Shown: positions 35,882 to 37,861 of the stretch, piece after piece
Layout: each line of letters begins with the position of its first letter
Position numbering within the stretch: the first letter of the stretch is position 1
Virus record (IMG/VR): IMGVR_UViG_3300024500_000017
DNA from: an uncultured virus (IMG/VR IMGVR_UViG_3300024500_000017)
Lineage: Duplodnaviria; Heunggongvirae; Uroviricota; Caudoviricetes
DNA length: 37,861 nucleotides
Strand: one strand, 5' to 3'
Notes under the pieces: generated by a model
What the model was told of the DNA's origin: nothing
The model's input: only the letters and a program-made list of their open reading frames with translations
Databases searched by the model: none
Made by a program: the position numbers and the translations under genes

Positions 35882-35989
35882 ATGAAAACTAAAAATAAAA
35901 CAACCATATATTCTCTTCAAAAGATTACAAACTCAGTTATAAAGTGGACAGGTCTTATAACTGTTTTGTGTCTTGACAAAACACGATAA
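35882..35989 (+). CDS. Possible 35-aa ORF
   Basis: MKTKNKTTIYSLQKITNSVIKWTGLITVLCLDKTR*; follows late box CTAAATA 35852-35858; no clear ribosome-binding site. Confidence 0.35.
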   Translation: MKTKNKTTIYSLQKITNSVIKWTGLITVLCLDKTR

Positions 35990-36000
35990 CCTAGTAGAAT
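35973..36000 (+). promoter_or_regulatory. Sigma70-type promoter for primase-nrdA
   Basis: TTGACA (35973-35978), 16 nt spacer, TAGAAT (35995-36000). Confidence 0.75.
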
Positions 36001-36026
36001 AAACAGACTCCACACAGTGTATTGTC

Positions 36027-36995
36027 ATGGATTTTATTGATGTTAAATACATCAATTTGATTTCTTCTAGATTTCAAAAATTTAAAAGAGTAAAGCATAA
36101 TCTTTACAACTTTCGTTGTCCTATTTGTGGCGATTCTCAAAAAAATAAAACCAAAGCAAGAGGATATTTATACCAAGTAAAAACTAATACAAACTTTAAG
36201 TGTCATAACTGTGGTATTAATATTTCTTTTAATAATTTTTTAAAGCAAATTGATTCCGTAATCTATAAACAATATACTTTCGAAAAATTTAAATCGGGAA
36301 ATACGGGTAAAAACTTTGTTGTCGATGAACCTGTATTTAAATTTGAAGCGCCAAAGTTTAAATCAAAGATAAACTTACCAAAAGCATCCGAAAATTCTGA
36401 TGCAAAAAAGTATCTAGAGAATAGAAAACTAAACCCGGATAAATTTTATTACACAGATCAGTTTAAATCGTGGACTAATTCCCTAAAAGAAGTCTTCGAT
36501 GATACTTCTAAAGATGAACCTAGGATTGTTATTCCTTTGTTCTATCAAAATACTCTTGTTGGATTTCAAGGAAGATCTTTAAGTTCCAGCAAGATTAAAT
36601 ACATTACTATAATGCTCAGTGACGATGCACCAAAAATCTATGGTCTTGATGAAGTCCAAAAAAGTGAAACTGTCTACATCACCGAAGGTCCATTCGACTC
36701 AACTTTCATTCGCAACGCGATTGCTCTTTGCGGAGCTGATGGTGATGTTGCTAAGTGGGGTATTTGTGATTGTGTTTGGATATACGATAACGAACCACGT
36801 AATTCAGAAATCTTATCAAGAATTTCCCGTGTTATCGAAGATGGACAAAAAGTTGTCATCTGGCCTTCAACAATAAAAGAAAAAGACATCAATGATATGG
36901 TTTTATCTGGACTTAACGTTCAAAATGTGATAGAATCAAATACTTACTCTGGATTAGAAGCAAAACTTAAATTTACTACCTGGAAGAAAATATGA
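36027..36995 (+). CDS. gp61: DNA primase gp61
   Basis: Zinc finger CPICGDS...CHNC, GFQGR, TOPRIM EGPFDS, YDNEPRN, KDINDM motifs. Confidence 0.97.
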   Translation: MDFIDVKYINLISSRFQKFKRVKHNLYNFRCPICGDSQKNKTKARGYLYQVKTNTNFKCHNCGINISFNNFLKQIDSVIYKQYTFEKFKSGNTGKNFVVDEPVFKFEAPKFKSKINLPKASENSDAKKYLENRKLNPDKFYYTDQFKSWTNSLKEVFDDTSKDEPRIVIPLFYQNTLVGFQGRSLSSSKIKYITIMLSDDAPKIYGLDEVQKSETVYITEGPFDSTFIRNAIALCGADGDVAKWGICDCVWIYDNEPRNSEILSRISRVIEDGQKVVIWPSTIKEKDINDMVLSGLNVQNVIESNTYSGLEAKLKFTTWKKI

Positions 36996-37861
36996 GCAAC
37001 GGTACAAAGGTTAAAAAGCGTGATGGTCGAATTGAATCTCTTGACCTAGATAAGATGCATTTGATGGTTGAGGAGGCATGTAGGGGTCTTGCGGGGGTCT
37101 CTGCGAGTCAAGTTGAGATGACTTCGGGTATTCAGTTTTATGATGGAATTACTACCGCAGAAATTCAAGAAATCTTGATTCGTTCTGCATCGGATTTAAT
37201 CGATTTGGAGCATCCTAACTATCAATATGTTGCTGCTCGTCTGCTTCTTTTTGCAGTCCGTAAGCAACTTTATGGAAAGATGAAAGAATTGCCTTCTCTT
37301 GAGCACCATATTTACAATTGTGTAAATCGAGAAGTATATGATAATGATATTTTTAACAAGTATTCAAAAGAAGAAATTGATAAAGTTGATTCATATATTG
37401 ATCATGACCGCGACTATTTGTTCACTTATGCAGGTCTACGTCAAGTCGTTGATAAGTACCTCGTGCAAGATAGAAGCGGTGGTGGAGTATATGAAACTCC
37501 GCAATTCATGTATATGATGATTGCTCTCACTATCTTCGCAGAGTACCCAAAAGAAACTAGAATGTCATATGTTAAGAGGTATTATGACGCAATCTCCAAG
37601 CACAAAATCAACATCCCAACTCCCATCATGGCAGGAGTGCGAACGCCACTTAGACAATTTGCTAGTTGTGTTCTTGTTGATGTTGATGACACCCTCGATT
37701 CTATCTTTAGCTCTGATATGGCTATTGGTAGATATGTTGCACAGAGGGCGGGAATCGGCATCAACGCTGGTAGGATCCGTGGCATCAACAGCAAAATCAG
37801 AGGGGGAGAAGTTCAACACACGGGTGTTGTACCATTTCTCAAGAAGTTTGAAGCAACTGTC
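36992..37861 (+). CDS. nrdA: Class Ia ribonucleotide reductase alpha subunit (3'-truncated by window; not in ORF track)
   Basis: Hand translation MSNGTKVKKRDGRIESLDLDKMH (ATP cone) ... YETPQFMYM ... IPTPIMAGVRTPLRQFASCVLVDVDDTLDSI ... QRAGIGINAGRIRG; open to the window end. Confidence 0.97.
   Translation, partial: MSNGTKVKKRDGRIESLDLDKMHLMVEEACRGLAGVSASQVEMTSGIQFYDGITTAEIQEILIRSASDLIDLEHPNYQYVAARLLLFAVRKQLYGKMKELPSLEHHIYNCVNREVYDNDIFNKYSKEEIDKVDSYIDHDRDYLFTYAGLRQVVDKYLVQDRSGGGVYETPQFMYMMIALTIFAEYPKETRMSYVKRYYDAISKHKINIPTPIMAGVRTPLRQFASCVLVDVDDTLDSIFSSDMAIGRYVAQRAGIGINAGRIRGINSKIRGGEVQHTGVVPFLKKFEATV

Noticed and set aside
37565..37819. Minus-strand ORFs near the window end
   Set aside because: Shadows of nrdA, which the ORF track missed because it lacks a stop in the window.
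1..37861. CRISPR array, integrase/transposase, reverse transcriptase/DGR, photosynthesis genes, alternative genetic code
   Set aside because: No spaced repeat array or such protein motifs seen by eye; core genes translate full-length in the standard code.

Overview
A 37.9-kb, AT-rich segment of a T4-like myovirus; all supported genes lie on the + strand. It is most likely a cyanophage (Kyanoviridae-like), judged from the CobS/CobT-like pair, hsp20, mazG, a DUF3110-like gene and cyanophage-type core proteins. Order: head module (gp20 partial, structural ORFs, gp21, gp22, gp23), gp3, uvsY, uvsW, gp55, gp47, gp46, vWA/peptidase plus CobS-like AAA, gp45, a DenV-like glycosylase, gp44, a putative nuclease plus Dam-like methylase, gp62, regA, hsp20, gp43, uvsX, gp41, mazG, a ~6.3-kb island driven by late promoters (with tRNA-Ala), gp61 primase and the 5' part of nrdA. 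Most interesting signals: (1) a candidate virion-cargo system, i.e. late genes with T4 capsid-targeting-like N-termini and acidic/basic modules separated by gp21-type [ILV]-x-E sites; (2) a 71-aa ORF copying the gp23 N-arm peptide GPTAGFDPV; (3) a ROSE-like RNA thermometer in the hsp20 leader; (4) a twice-repeated palindrome + hairpin + -10 promoter motif with identical spacing; (5) back-to-back sigma70-type promoters sharing one -35 palindrome upstream of gp55; (6) short late-promoter-to-terminator units that may encode sRNAs. All family calls come from motif recognition by eye; no database search was run.
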